Shown here piece after piece: positions 41,201 to 49,955 of a DNA stretch of 64,000 nucleotides. Positions within the stretch are counted from its first letter, which is position 1. Each line of letters opens with the position of its first letter. The notes below the pieces were generated by a model. That model was not told the origin of the DNA. It worked only from the letters and a program-made list of their open reading frames with translations, and searched no databases. The DNA is taken from positions 992,001-1,056,000 of the forward strand of contig CAVRVY010000004.1 of the NCBI GenBank assembly GCA_963724765.1. The letters are read 5' to 3'. The DNA comes from an uncultured delta proteobacterium. GTDB taxonomy: Bacteria; Desulfobacterota; Binatia; Binatales; Binataceae. The translations under genes were made by a program, and so were the position numbers.

Positions 41201-41284
41201 GTGGCGTATTTTCTGACCAACGTGCTCAAGCTCCCGCTCAATATCATCAAAGGGATCGGCCACAATGGGGGCAGCGGAAACTGA
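38261..41284 (+). CDS. AsmA/YhdP-like envelope-spanning protein
   Basis: N-terminal TM, 1007-aa beta-rich body, C-terminal KVPLIG...YFHVTGPLSNPRV. Confidence 0.78.
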   Translation: MRLVRAAAIALLFLAAMLLVAAAVVVHNQARLINLVLQHIQERSGYQIVASDARLHVGTHLSVFLEHPSILHDGRELIRSERVRVYLSYHALIWNNGLPLRALVIVRPELRAPATSAALGPQLLPRPDTAAVRAVAQEFREFSGLVERVTIADARVSDAAGQPLLEKFSMTAAPRRRHAKIWNIGFFAPQVHTALSGLELSGRMSIDTVPHATGQTLSDGELWFWNGRLKRDAGAGVTVNGLVHGDATFALRDNGELDGRGNVAIDQFGASGTRLGKPIDLGNCSLKTIYAVSTARIALVDVETRVGKSTAASGDVTLNDPFKANATLLAHLNAVEIDLATLKARLDTTRALPKPLAWLAAALISGRVTVDGATYRGELRNLAWSAASLSKALQLSVRLDAVSLKLSNTAALPALSRANAQLSYAKGRVTLAQGSAALGRSSFEQLSGSADFGSGHRQLRYQLKATGTLDLDELYPAAMQLSPALAAKAAKHIDRLSGNATVRVTASGSLDTEAPAPPAKYLAKVDTSGVNLTARDLPQPIALVGGSVTLTPGNIELSRVMAAVAKPKVPGDVSVNGNLAFAGGKISLRQIAVELHQIDVQQWLPLIVDPDDIAARGPLGGTLTIVREPSRSHGIRANGRLTMGAGEVQLGFLRAPIVAQSATLSFDGRGLLLAIVGAKLQGAPFDFSLGVADLDKPVLRIVANAGRLDLEVMKFIRLPWAPSPPANFFPVPVVGHIEAAHARLERLTMSRARCDFNRELNGDWSVRNFTATMFDGHAEMEFSGRGRDDWINVKGRLNGVLVGPLFTLADPAAQPPLNGRLKATGDLWANSNTDFFNTLAGTLSFEVTDGVLHKFALLSRILGLVDLKTWLSAKVPDPRVNGVPFQTLTADFKGRDGEFYSDNLLLRGPVMNISALGHMRLADSHVDMQVGMVPFKTVNWLVAKVPLIGGGLSSDHFVAAYFHVTGPLSNPRVVPQPITSVAYFLTNVLKLPLNIIKGIGHNGGSGN

Positions 41285-41292
41285 GTGGCGCG

Positions 41293-42120
41293 ATGCGCTC
41301 GCGCGACACCGTCTCGGCGCTAGCTAAGCCGCGGCCTGCCGTGCGCTCGCGAGCGATGGCCGGATCGATCCGTAACATTACTCTGCGCAGCGTTACTCTG
41401 ATCGTCTTTTGCCGCGAGCCGCTCCCGGGCCATACCAAAACCCGGCTCATCCCGCGCCTGGGCGCCGCCAATGCGGCCGCGCTGGCCGGCGCTTTCATCC
41501 TCGATGCGCTGGCCAAATGCCGCGCGCTTGCTCCCGGGCGAATCGTGATCGCCGGCAGCGCGCCGAACGGGGCCGAAAACAGCCGCTACCTGCGCCGCGC
41601 CGCGCACCGCTTCGGTGCTGAACTCGTCGATCAGGGCACCGGAAACCTCGGCGCGCGGATGGCGCGGGCGCTCGAGCCGTATCGCGCCGGTGGCGCGGTG
41701 CTCTTTGGCACCGACACGCCGTCGCTGCCGCCGCGGCTGATTGGGCGAAGCGTCGCGTTGCTGGCGCGCGCCCCGGTGGTGATCGCGCCCAGCCTCGACG
41801 GCGGATATTACCTGGTAGGCGTGCGCGGCCCGATGCCGGAGATCTTTCGCGCGATCGCCTGGGGACGCTCCAACGTGCTGCGCGAAACCGTCGCGCGACT
41901 GCGCCGCGGCGGCACGCGCTACGCGCTCGGCCCCGCGTGGTACGACGTCGATCGCTGGAGCGACGTCGCGTTGCTTGCCGCACATCTGGAGGGGATGCAG
42001 ATGCGCGCCGCCTCAAGCGCGAGGCGGCGCCGCGATGCGCAACCGCCCTCGCCGTCTCATCCGTGTCCCGCGACCGCGAGAGTTCTGCAGCGGCTTGGAC
42101 TGTTGCGCGCGGGCCGCTAG
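41293..42120 (+). CDS. DUF2064/TIGR04282 glycosyltransferase-A-like protein
   Basis: REPLPG.TKTRL, QG.GNLGARM, GTDTP, PSLDGGYYLVG, WYDVD. Confidence 0.88.
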   Translation: MRSRDTVSALAKPRPAVRSRAMAGSIRNITLRSVTLIVFCREPLPGHTKTRLIPRLGAANAAALAGAFILDALAKCRALAPGRIVIAGSAPNGAENSRYLRRAAHRFGAELVDQGTGNLGARMARALEPYRAGGAVLFGTDTPSLPPRLIGRSVALLARAPVVIAPSLDGGYYLVGVRGPMPEIFRAIAWGRSNVLRETVARLRRGGTRYALGPAWYDVDRWSDVALLAAHLEGMQMRAASSARRRRDAQPPSPSHPCPATARVLQRLGLLRAGR

Positions 42121-42132
42121 AGTACCAGCGCT

Positions 42133-42519
42133 GTGCCCGCGTCGGAGACGAGAATCGTGTTGGTCACGGCCGGCACCGAACGGCAGGCGCGCGCGATTGC
42201 GCGAGCGCTGGTCGATGATCGTTTGGCGGCATGCGTCAATATCGTTGGACCGATACGCTCGGTGTACCGATGGGGCGACGCGGTCGAGGACGAGCCAGAA
42301 TTTCTCCTGCTCATCAAGACCCGCGCAAGCCTGCTCGGCCGCGTGGAGAGCCGTGTGATCGAACTGCACAGCTACGAGGTTCCCGAAGTGCTGGTGCTTG
42401 CGCCGAGCGACGGCTCGGCACCCTACCTCGCATGGCTCCTCGAATCGACCGAGTCGAAACCGGTGCGTGCCAAGGCGGGCGTAACACGCGGGCGGGGTAG
42501 ACGCGGCAGACACGAATAG
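42133..42519 (+). CDS. cutA: Divalent cation tolerance protein CutA
   Basis: LAACVN, SVYRW, LLIKT, HSYEVPE, YLAW. Confidence 0.93.
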   Translation: MPASETRIVLVTAGTERQARAIARALVDDRLAACVNIVGPIRSVYRWGDAVEDEPEFLLLIKTRASLLGRVESRVIELHSYEVPEVLVLAPSDGSAPYLAWLLESTESKPVRAKAGVTRGRGRRGRHE

Positions 42520-42532
42520 AGACACGCGCGCG

Positions 42533-43615
42533 ATGTTCCGCAAAGCAATTCATAAGATGGCGCCCTACGTGCCGGGCGAGCAGCCGCGGCTAGGCCAGCG
42601 CCTGGTCAAGCTCAATACCAACGAGAACCCATATCCACCCTCGCCACGAGTGCGCAAGGCGGTGGCGCACGCGGCGCTCGGCCAGGCGCTGCGGCTTTAT
42701 CCCGCGCCGCAGGCCGACGCCTTCGTCGCGGCCGCTGCGCGCCGCTATCACTTTGCCGAGCGCATGATTGTAGCCGGCAACGGCTCGGACGAGTTGCTGG
42801 CGATGCTGTTCCGGGCGACGCTCGGACCCGGCGACCGGGTGGCGTGGGCGACTCCAACCTACTCGCTCTACGACACGCTGGCGGAGGTGCAGGAGGCGCG
42901 CGTAATCGCGCCGCCACTCGGTCCCGATTTCGAGCTGCCGCTGGAGGCGCTGGCACACGCGCGCGCCCGCCTAACGGTCGTCTGCAATCCCAACTCGCCC
43001 TCGGGCACGCTCACGCCGCGCCGCACGCTCGCGCACCTGGCGCGCCTGCTCAACGGCCGCCTGCTCGCGATCGACGAGGCCTACGTCGACTTCGCCGAGG
43101 AAAACGCGCTCGACCTGGTGCGGCGGCTACCCAACGTCCTGGTGCTGCGCTCGCTCTCGAAGTCGTACTCGCTGGCCGGGATGAGGCTCGGGCTATGCTT
43201 CGCCCATCCCGATATCATCGAGCAACTCGGCAAGGTCAAGGATTCCTACAACCTGAGCCGCCTGGCGATTGCCGCTGGCGCCGCGGCGCTGGACGACAAC
43301 GCCTGGATGCTGCGCAATGTCGAGCGCGTCAAGCGCACGCGCGCCACGGCCACGCGCCGCTTGCTCAAAATGGGGTTCGCGGTGCCGCCATCGTCGGCCA
43401 ATTTCGTGTTGGCGCGGATGCCCGGCCGCGACCTCGGCCCGATGGTGGCGGAATTGCGCAAGCGCGGCGTGCTGGTGCGCCACTTCCGTGCATGGCCCGA
43501 CGCGATCAGGATTTCGATCGGCACACCGGCCGAGATGGCCGCGTTATTCAAGGTGCTCGCGCCGCTCGCCGCCGCTCTGACGGCCTCGCGGCGCAATGGA
43601 CGCGTGCGGAGCTAG
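42533..43615 (+). CDS. hisC: Histidinol-phosphate aminotransferase
   Basis: YVPGEQP, KLNTNENPY, GNGSDE, NPNSPSG, DEAY, RSLSKSYSLAGMR. Confidence 0.93.
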   Translation: MFRKAIHKMAPYVPGEQPRLGQRLVKLNTNENPYPPSPRVRKAVAHAALGQALRLYPAPQADAFVAAAARRYHFAERMIVAGNGSDELLAMLFRATLGPGDRVAWATPTYSLYDTLAEVQEARVIAPPLGPDFELPLEALAHARARLTVVCNPNSPSGTLTPRRTLAHLARLLNGRLLAIDEAYVDFAEENALDLVRRLPNVLVLRSLSKSYSLAGMRLGLCFAHPDIIEQLGKVKDSYNLSRLAIAAGAAALDDNAWMLRNVERVKRTRATATRRLLKMGFAVPPSSANFVLARMPGRDLGPMVAELRKRGVLVRHFRAWPDAIRISIGTPAEMAALFKVLAPLAAALTASRRNGRVRS

Positions 43616-43712
43616 CCGCATCGTGGCCCAGTCTCAGCCGGCGCGCGCGCAGTGCACAATTCCAACCGATGCGGCGAGCGTAAGAAGGAGCGCGTAGCGC
43701 GCGAAGTATGCG

Positions 43713-44372
43713 ATGGGCCGGCTGGGGCAGATGTTCTCCAGGTTCCGTTCCGCGCGCGCCGGCTCCGAGAGCCCGCCCGAGAAGCCCGAGGAGTGGCGCG
43801 AGATGCGATGGGTAGTGGCAGGCCTGGGCAACCCCGGCGATCAGTACCATCGCTCAGGCCACAATATCGGCTTCACGGTCATCGACCGCCTGGCCGAAAG
43901 ATGCGGCGCGAGCCTGGATCGGCGCAAGTTCAAAGGAATCTCCGGCGAGGCCAGAATCGGCGCGGACACCGTCATCCTGGTTAAGCCACAGACCTATTAC
44001 AATTTGAGCGGAGAATGTGTCGCGGCTATTCTCGGCTACTACAAAATTCCCGCCGAGCGTTTGATCGTCGTGCACGACGAAATCGATCTCGAGCCGCGCC
44101 AGCTCCGGCTCAAACGCGGCGGCGGTGACGCCGGCAACCGCGGCGTACGTTCAATCGCCGCCATCCTCGGCAGCCCCGAGTTCGTCCGCGTGCGGGTCGG
44201 AATCGGACGGCCCGCGCCCGGCCTGGAAGCCAAGGACCACGTGCTCCACGCGATGAGCCGCACGGAGCTCGAAGCCTTCAAGGCTTCGATCGAGCGTGCG
44301 GCCGAAGCGGTCGAAGCAGTGATTACCAGCGGTCTGGAGCGCGCGATGAACCTGTACAACCAGCGGGCCTGA
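43713..44372 (+). CDS. pth: Peptidyl-tRNA hydrolase (alternative start 43803)
   Basis: GLGNPG, HNIGF, KPQTY, HDEID, RVRVGIGRP. Confidence 0.9.
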   Translation: MGRLGQMFSRFRSARAGSESPPEKPEEWREMRWVVAGLGNPGDQYHRSGHNIGFTVIDRLAERCGASLDRRKFKGISGEARIGADTVILVKPQTYYNLSGECVAAILGYYKIPAERLIVVHDEIDLEPRQLRLKRGGGDAGNRGVRSIAAILGSPEFVRVRVGIGRPAPGLEAKDHVLHAMSRTELEAFKASIERAAEAVEAVITSGLERAMNLYNQRA

Positions 44373-44384
44373 GCGCCGCGCGCG

Positions 44385-45299
44385 CTATACCGGCGCAGGC
44401 TTGCGCGGCGACGGTGCGAGACTTGCGCGATGGCCCCAGATGCTCGGGGCCTCGTGCTTTTGCACCTGCCAGGTCGCGTCGTCGACGATCCGCGCGCCCC
44501 ATCCGTACTCGACCTCGAAGCCAGACGGCGTGCGCAGGTAGAACGACATCATGTGATCGTTGGTGTGGCGCCCAATCGTGCCGGAAATTTCGACGCCCTG
44601 GTCCTGGCAGAGATAGTAAGTCGATCCAACGTCGTCCACGTGACGGCACTGCAGCATGAAATGCATCAAGCGCTTGGGCGCCGGGATGACGCCGAAGGCG
44701 ATCGAGTGATGGCGCGGGTTGCAGTGCATGAAGGTCAGGCTGATCGAATCGCCGCCGCGACGCGACCGCATGTCGATGAAGTCGCTGATCTTGAGGCCCA
44801 GCAGGTCGCGGTAGAAGCGCAGGCTCTTGGCCGAATCGTCCACGCGCACCACGATATGGCCCATCCCCAGCTCCCCGGTGACGAAGCCGGAAAGCGGCCG
44901 CGACGATTTGAACGGATGCTCGAAAGTCATCAGCGGCCCGAAATAAATCTCGGTCGGGATGCCGCTTGGGTCCTTGAGCTTCAGGTACTCGACCACGCGC
45001 CGCGCGCGCGCCTCCTGCGGTGTGGCCGCCGTGACCTCTACCCCGTCGGCCCGCAGCCGGGCGGCGATTTCGTTGAGCGCCGCCTGGTCGCGGACCTCCC
45101 ATCCGATGAACGCGAGGTCGTCGGCGCCGCCCGGCTGCAGGATGAATCGATGGTGGTACTCGTCCATCCTGAGAAACGTCGAGCCGTCCGCGTCGGCGCC
45201 GTTGACCTCCAGGCCGAGCACGTTGGTGGCGAAGTGCTCCCATAGCGCCAAGTCACTGACGCCGATACCCAGGTAGCCCAGTTGTGTCACACTCGCCAT
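44385..45299 (-). CDS. Type I extradiol ring-cleavage dioxygenase (BphC/HsaC-like, VOC fold)
   Basis: LGYLGI, GMGHIV, CNPRHHS, LMHFM, GRHTND, SFY..TPSGFEVEYG. Confidence 0.92.
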   Translation of the reverse strand: MASVTQLGYLGIGVSDLALWEHFATNVLGLEVNGADADGSTFLRMDEYHHRFILQPGGADDLAFIGWEVRDQAALNEIAARLRADGVEVTAATPQEARARRVVEYLKLKDPSGIPTEIYFGPLMTFEHPFKSSRPLSGFVTGELGMGHIVVRVDDSAKSLRFYRDLLGLKISDFIDMRSRRGGDSISLTFMHCNPRHHSIAFGVIPAPKRLMHFMLQCRHVDDVGSTYYLCQDQGVEISGTIGRHTNDHMMSFYLRTPSGFEVEYGWGARIVDDATWQVQKHEAPSIWGHRASLAPSPRKPAPV

Positions 45300-45355
45300 C
45301 GCGCTCTCCTATCGCGCTCTTCCTGAGCCGGCGCCGTCGCGAACGATCCGCCCGG

Positions 45356-46456
45356 TCACAGGCTCAAGTGGTAAAGCTCGGCGACGTTGTCGTGGAGGAT
45401 CTGGTTCTTTTCATCCTCGCTCAGCTCCGCCGTGTGCTTCTTGAGCAGTTCCTGCGACCAGGGCCAGGTCGAATCGCTGTGCGGGAAGTCGTTGGCCCAC
45501 ATCAGGCGGCGGAAGTTGCACATGTCCTTCATCTTGAAGGCTACCCAGTCGTCCTGGAACGTCAAATAGATATTCTCGCGAAAATACTCACTGGGCATCT
45601 TTGAGATCGTGCCGGCGGTGAGCCAGTAGCGATGGCGGTCGTAGGCGTGATCCATCCGATACATATAATGCGGCGCCCAGCCGGCGTCCGCCTCGACACA
45701 CACGATCTTGAGCCTGGGATGGCGCTCGAAGACGCCGCTTAAGATGAGCGTCCCGATGATGTCTTGGTTGCCGCGGATGATCGACATGAAGCTGTTGAGC
45801 TTGGGCCCGCGGCCGCGGCCAACCGCGTCATCGCGGCTGGTCAGGATGTGGAAGCTGAGCGGCAGGCCGAGGTCGATCGCGGCCTCCCAGAATGGATCGT
45901 AGATCGGGCTGTCGTAGTCCTCGACCTGCGGATTGCCCGGCATCATCACGCCTTTGAGGCCCAAATCCTTGATGCGCCGGAGGTCCGCGATACCCTCCTC
46001 GACCGAGCGCATCGCGGTCTGTCCCGTGCCGATGAGGCGGTCCGGATGAGCCGAGCAATAGCCGGCGACCCACTGGTTGTAAGCGTCGAAGCAGGCCTTC
46101 TTGTAATCGTAGTCCTTGTGATTGCAGAGCAACATCCCGACCGTCGGATAGATGATTTCGGCGGCGACGCCGTCGCGGTCCTGGTCGGCCATCCGCGCCT
46201 CGGGGTCCCACCCGCCGCGATGCAGCTCCTCGAACTTGACGCCGAGGAGCGTCAATTCGTGGGCGGCCTTGCCGGCGGCCGCGATCAACCCCATCGGAAT
46301 CGGCCGCGACATCCCATCGATCATGAACAGGTCGCCCTTGCGATCGTCGCGCACCATGTGCGGGGCGCGATCCCTGAACTTGGGATCGATGTAATCGATA
46401 TAGGCGTTTGGCGGTTCGGTGATATGCGAATCCGCAGAGATAATGGGTTTTTGCAT
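45356..46456 (-). CDS. Amidohydrolase_2 family protein
   Basis: SADSH, DQDRDGV.AE..YPT, SFHI, FERHPRL, WANDFPH.DSTWP. Confidence 0.9.
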   Translation of the reverse strand: MQKPIISADSHITEPPNAYIDYIDPKFRDRAPHMVRDDRKGDLFMIDGMSRPIPMGLIAAAGKAAHELTLLGVKFEELHRGGWDPEARMADQDRDGVAAEIIYPTVGMLLCNHKDYDYKKACFDAYNQWVAGYCSAHPDRLIGTGQTAMRSVEEGIADLRRIKDLGLKGVMMPGNPQVEDYDSPIYDPFWEAAIDLGLPLSFHILTSRDDAVGRGRGPKLNSFMSIIRGNQDIIGTLILSGVFERHPRLKIVCVEADAGWAPHYMYRMDHAYDRHRYWLTAGTISKMPSEYFRENIYLTFQDDWVAFKMKDMCNFRRLMWANDFPHSDSTWPWSQELLKKHTAELSEDEKNQILHDNVAELYHLSL

Positions 46457-46706
46457 CTTCCTTCCTCGTGAAGGCTCCGGGCGGAGCCTGGGATACAGAC
46501 GTGTTCCGTTCCTATAGTGAGTTTTACTAGACGGGAGCGGCGTTTACAACGAATTGCGCGCGCTCAATCGGCCCGCGGCTAGCGTGGGCGCTTGCGGCTG
46601 CGATATAACTGGTCGTGGATTCAGGCCCCTTCCGGATTTCCCTATTCACGTGCCGGACGCAAAACACGGCGTACCGGCCGGGCTCAATGAGAGATTCGCG
46701 CTGGAA

Positions 46707-46739
46707 GAGATTTCGGGCGAGATTTCGGGAGAGATTTAG
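46707..46739. repeat. 12-bp tandem repeat immediately before a start codon
   Basis: GAGATTTCGGGC GAGATTTCGGGA GAGATTTAG then ATG. Confidence 0.8.
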
Positions 46740-48434
46740 ATGGACTACGACCTCAAGATAACGGGCGGTACGATAATCGACGGCACCGGATCCCCAGCGC
46801 GCGACGGCGACGTCGCGATCAAAGACGGCAAGATTGCCGCCGTAGGCGAGGCTCCCGGCAAAGCGGCCGCGACCGTCGAGGCGCGCGGCCGCGTGGTCGC
46901 CCCCGGCTTCGTCGACATCCACACGCACTACGATGCGCAAATTCTGTGGGACCGCATGATGACCATTTCGCCATGGCACGGAGTGACCACGGTGGTGATG
47001 GGCAATTGCGGCTTCGGCGTCGCGCCGACCCGCCCCGAGCATCGCGGACTCATCATGCGCACGCTCGAGAAAGTCGAAGGGATGAGCCTCGACGCGCTGG
47101 AGGCGGGACTGGGTTACGAATGGCCGTTCGAGACCTTCGAGCAGTACCTCGACGCGGTCGAAAAACGCGGCTCGGTGATCAATGTCGGAGCGCTGATCGG
47201 ACATACGCCGACGCGGCTGTACGTGATGGGCGAGGAATCCGTGGAACGGCCGGCCAATGAAGGCGAGGTCGCCCAGATGCGCGAGATTGTGCGGCGCGGA
47301 ATCCGCGCCGGCGCGGTGGGCTTTGCCACCTCCAAGTCGCCCACCCACGTCGGCTATAGCGGCAAGCCGGTGCCCAGCCGCAAGGCGGAAATGAGCGAGA
47401 TAACTGCGCTGGCGAGCGTGCTCGCCGAAGAAAAGAGCGGCGTGATCCAGGCCACGGTCGGCCGCGAACTGTTCCTCAAGGAATTCGCCGACCTGTTTCG
47501 CGCGACCGGCCGCACCATCACCTGGACCGCGCTGCTGCCCGGGATGACCGGATCCAACGACGGCCATCGCCGCCTGCTCGCGCAGTCGCAGGAGTTGTCC
47601 GACCAGGGGATGAACATCGTGCCGCAGGTCGCATGCCGGCCGCTCAACTTCGAGATGACGCTCAAGGAGCCTTTCATCTTCGAGAGCCTCGCGATGTTCA
47701 AGCAGATTTCGGAAGCTGACTTCGACGGCAAAACGAAAATCTATTCCGACCCCGAGTTCCGCGCGATGTTCAAGGCCAAGACCGGGATAAACTCGGCGGG
47801 CCGCTTTGCCGACCGATGGGAGCGTAGCTGGGTCTCGCACTATCCGGGGCGCCCGGAGCTCGAGGAAAGCAACCTCGCCGAACTCGCGCGCGAGCGCGGC
47901 GTCGATCCGATCGACCTGATGCTCGACATCGGGCTCGAAACCAAACTTGAAGCGCGATTCCGGATGGCATTGTTCAATTACGAGGAAGACGAGGTAATCG
48001 CATTGCTTAACGGCAAGGGTACGGTAGTCGGGCTTTCCGACGCGGGCGCGCATGCGAGCCAGCTTTGCGATGCATGCTTCTCGACCTACCTGATGGGGCA
48101 CTGGGTGCGCGAGCGCAAGGCGATTCCGATCGAACGCGCGGTATGGATGCTGACGGCGCGGCCGGCGGAAGTCTTCGCGCTGAGCGACCGCGGGCGGCTC
48201 GTGCCGGAATTGGCGGGCGACGTGGTGGTGTTCGACCCGGACAAAATCGGATGCTCGCGGCTGCGCCGGGTCAATGATCTTCCGTCGGGCGCGGACCGGC
48301 TGGTCGCCGACGCCTACGGGATCGACGCCGTGATCGTCAATGGCAAGGTCATCCGACGCGAAGGACGCGACATGGTCGCGCCGGACGGGCCGCTGCCAGG
48401 CCGCCTGCTGCGTCACGGACGCGCATCGGCCTGA
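46740..48434 (+). CDS. N-acyl-D-amino-acid deacylase family amidohydrolase
   Basis: IIDGTG, PGFVDIHTHYDAQ, HGVTTVVMGNCG, SDAGAH. Confidence 0.9.
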   Translation: MDYDLKITGGTIIDGTGSPARDGDVAIKDGKIAAVGEAPGKAAATVEARGRVVAPGFVDIHTHYDAQILWDRMMTISPWHGVTTVVMGNCGFGVAPTRPEHRGLIMRTLEKVEGMSLDALEAGLGYEWPFETFEQYLDAVEKRGSVINVGALIGHTPTRLYVMGEESVERPANEGEVAQMREIVRRGIRAGAVGFATSKSPTHVGYSGKPVPSRKAEMSEITALASVLAEEKSGVIQATVGRELFLKEFADLFRATGRTITWTALLPGMTGSNDGHRRLLAQSQELSDQGMNIVPQVACRPLNFEMTLKEPFIFESLAMFKQISEADFDGKTKIYSDPEFRAMFKAKTGINSAGRFADRWERSWVSHYPGRPELEESNLAELARERGVDPIDLMLDIGLETKLEARFRMALFNYEEDEVIALLNGKGTVVGLSDAGAHASQLCDACFSTYLMGHWVRERKAIPIERAVWMLTARPAEVFALSDRGRLVPELAGDVVVFDPDKIGCSRLRRVNDLPSGADRLVADAYGIDAVIVNGKVIRREGRDMVAPDGPLPGRLLRHGRASA

Positions 48435-48552
48435 GCGAATCGACCGGCACGCGTCGAAACATCATCGTTGCGTAGAAATATCATAGTAAACATGGGGCTA
48501 TGGTGAGAAAATCGGCGATCCGCGCATCGCGGTCCGCCGATTCCATGCGCTG

Positions 48553-49029
48553 ATGTTTTCACCTTCCTACGACTCGCTCGCGCCGCTCGACGCGATCCTG
48601 AACGCGACGGCGGCAATACTGCTGCTGGCCGGATATATCGCGATCCGCCGCCATCACGTGCACGTCCATCGCGCTTGCATGATTAGCGCATTCACCGTGT
48701 CGGTGGCTTTCTTCATTTCCTACTGCATTTACCATTACCATGTGGGCGACGTGCGTTTCGGCGGCCAGGGTTTGATCCGGCCGGTCTATTTCTCGATTCT
48801 CGTTTCGCACATCATCCTTGCGGTCGTGATCGTGCCGCTCGCATTGATCACGCTCGGCCGCGCGCTGCGCGGCCGCTTCGCGCGGCATCGGCGAATCGCT
48901 CGCTGGACGTGGCCAATCTGGATGTACGTCTCGCTGACCGGCGTGGTGGTCTACCTGATGGTGTATTGGCTGTACCCGCATCTGCCGCCCGCGGCGACGA
49001 CGGCGGCCGCCATCACCGCGCCGCGATGA
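48553..49029 (+). CDS. DUF420 membrane protein
   Basis: H...M.SAF, Y.IYH, SHI.LA, HRRIARWT.PIW.YVS.TG..VY. Confidence 0.88.
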   Translation: MFSPSYDSLAPLDAILNATAAILLLAGYIAIRRHHVHVHRACMISAFTVSVAFFISYCIYHYHVGDVRFGGQGLIRPVYFSILVSHIILAVVIVPLALITLGRALRGRFARHRRIARWTWPIWMYVSLTGVVVYLMVYWLYPHLPPAATTAAAITAPR

Positions 49030-49086
49030 GTTGGCAGGGGCGGGGCGCGCCGCCGCCATCGGCGTCGCGCCCTGCCCCTGCCAACT
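49029..49086 (+). terminator. Long hairpin after the DUF420 gene
   Basis: 21-bp arms AGTTGGCAGGGGCGGGGCGCG / CGCGCCCTGCCCCTGCCAACT with one G-U pair on the plus strand. Confidence 0.55.
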
Positions 49087-49100
49087 GAGGTCGGGAACGA

Positions 49101-49146
49101 AGCAAACACGGCCGCGGCGCCCGAAGGCGCCGCGGCCGTGTTTGCT
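49101..49146 (-). terminator. Perfect 21-bp hairpin with cUUCGg loop ending the TetR-LLM-hydrolase operon
   Basis: AGCAAACACGGCCGCGGCGCC-CGAA-GGCGCCGCGGCCGTGTTTGCT. Confidence 0.75.
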
Positions 49147-49169
49147 AAACTATCCCGCTGACGGCGCGC

Positions 49170-49955
49170 TCAGCTCTTGAGAAACTCCGTCACCACCTTG
49201 TCGAACTCGGCCGGCTGCTCGTACATCACCATGTGTCCGGCTTCCTTGATCGTGTGCACGCGGCTGTTGCGGATGTGTTTCTTAAACTCGCGCGCATATA
49301 CGGGCGGGATCACCTTGTCGGATTCGCCCCACAGCAGCAGCGTCGGCGCGGCGATCCGATAGGCGCGTTTTTTCAGCCCGCGATCAGGAATCGGCCACAG
49401 GAACTTGCTCGCCGTCGAAAAGCGCTTGGTGCGCTCGACGTACATCGCGGTCACCAGTTCCTGGTCGTCCCACGGCATCGCAAGCATCATCTGCGCCAGC
49501 GGCGACTTGGGATCGTGGAACAGCATCGCCGGCAGATCGTCCAGATCGGTGGCGAATAGATCGGGGATCGGATCGTTTTCGAGCCAGAAGCCGGCCGCCC
49601 CGACCAGCACCAGCTTCTTCGCCCGCCGCGTGTCGAGCGCCGCCACTTCCGCCGCCAGCATCCCGCCCATCGAGTGGCCGACAATGTTGGCGCTGGGAAT
49701 TTTCAGCTCGTCCATCAGCTCATGGTAAAACAGAGCCGCGTCGATCACGTCGTCGATATGCTCGCCGCCGGTCGATTCGCCGTAGCCCGGCAGATGCGGC
49801 GCGTAAACCTTGAAATTGCGGCCGAGGTCTTCGAGGAACGGGTCGGCTCCTGTGAGTCCGCCCGCGCCATGAAGAAACAGCAGCGGCTCGCCCTTGCCAG
49901 TGACTTCCATCTCGACGGAAAACTTCCCGTCGCACAGTTTCTGATGTGTTTTCAT
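49170..49955 (-). CDS. Alpha/beta fold hydrolase
   Basis: LHGAGG, GHSMGG, WGESD, AGH; overlaps the LLM stop codon. Confidence 0.9.
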   Translation of the reverse strand: MKTHQKLCDGKFSVEMEVTGKGEPLLFLHGAGGLTGADPFLEDLGRNFKVYAPHLPGYGESTGGEHIDDVIDAALFYHELMDELKIPSANIVGHSMGGMLAAEVAALDTRRAKKLVLVGAAGFWLENDPIPDLFATDLDDLPAMLFHDPKSPLAQMMLAMPWDDQELVTAMYVERTKRFSTASKFLWPIPDRGLKKRAYRIAAPTLLLWGESDKVIPPVYAREFKKHIRNSRVHTIKEAGHMVMYEQPAEFDKVVTEFLKS

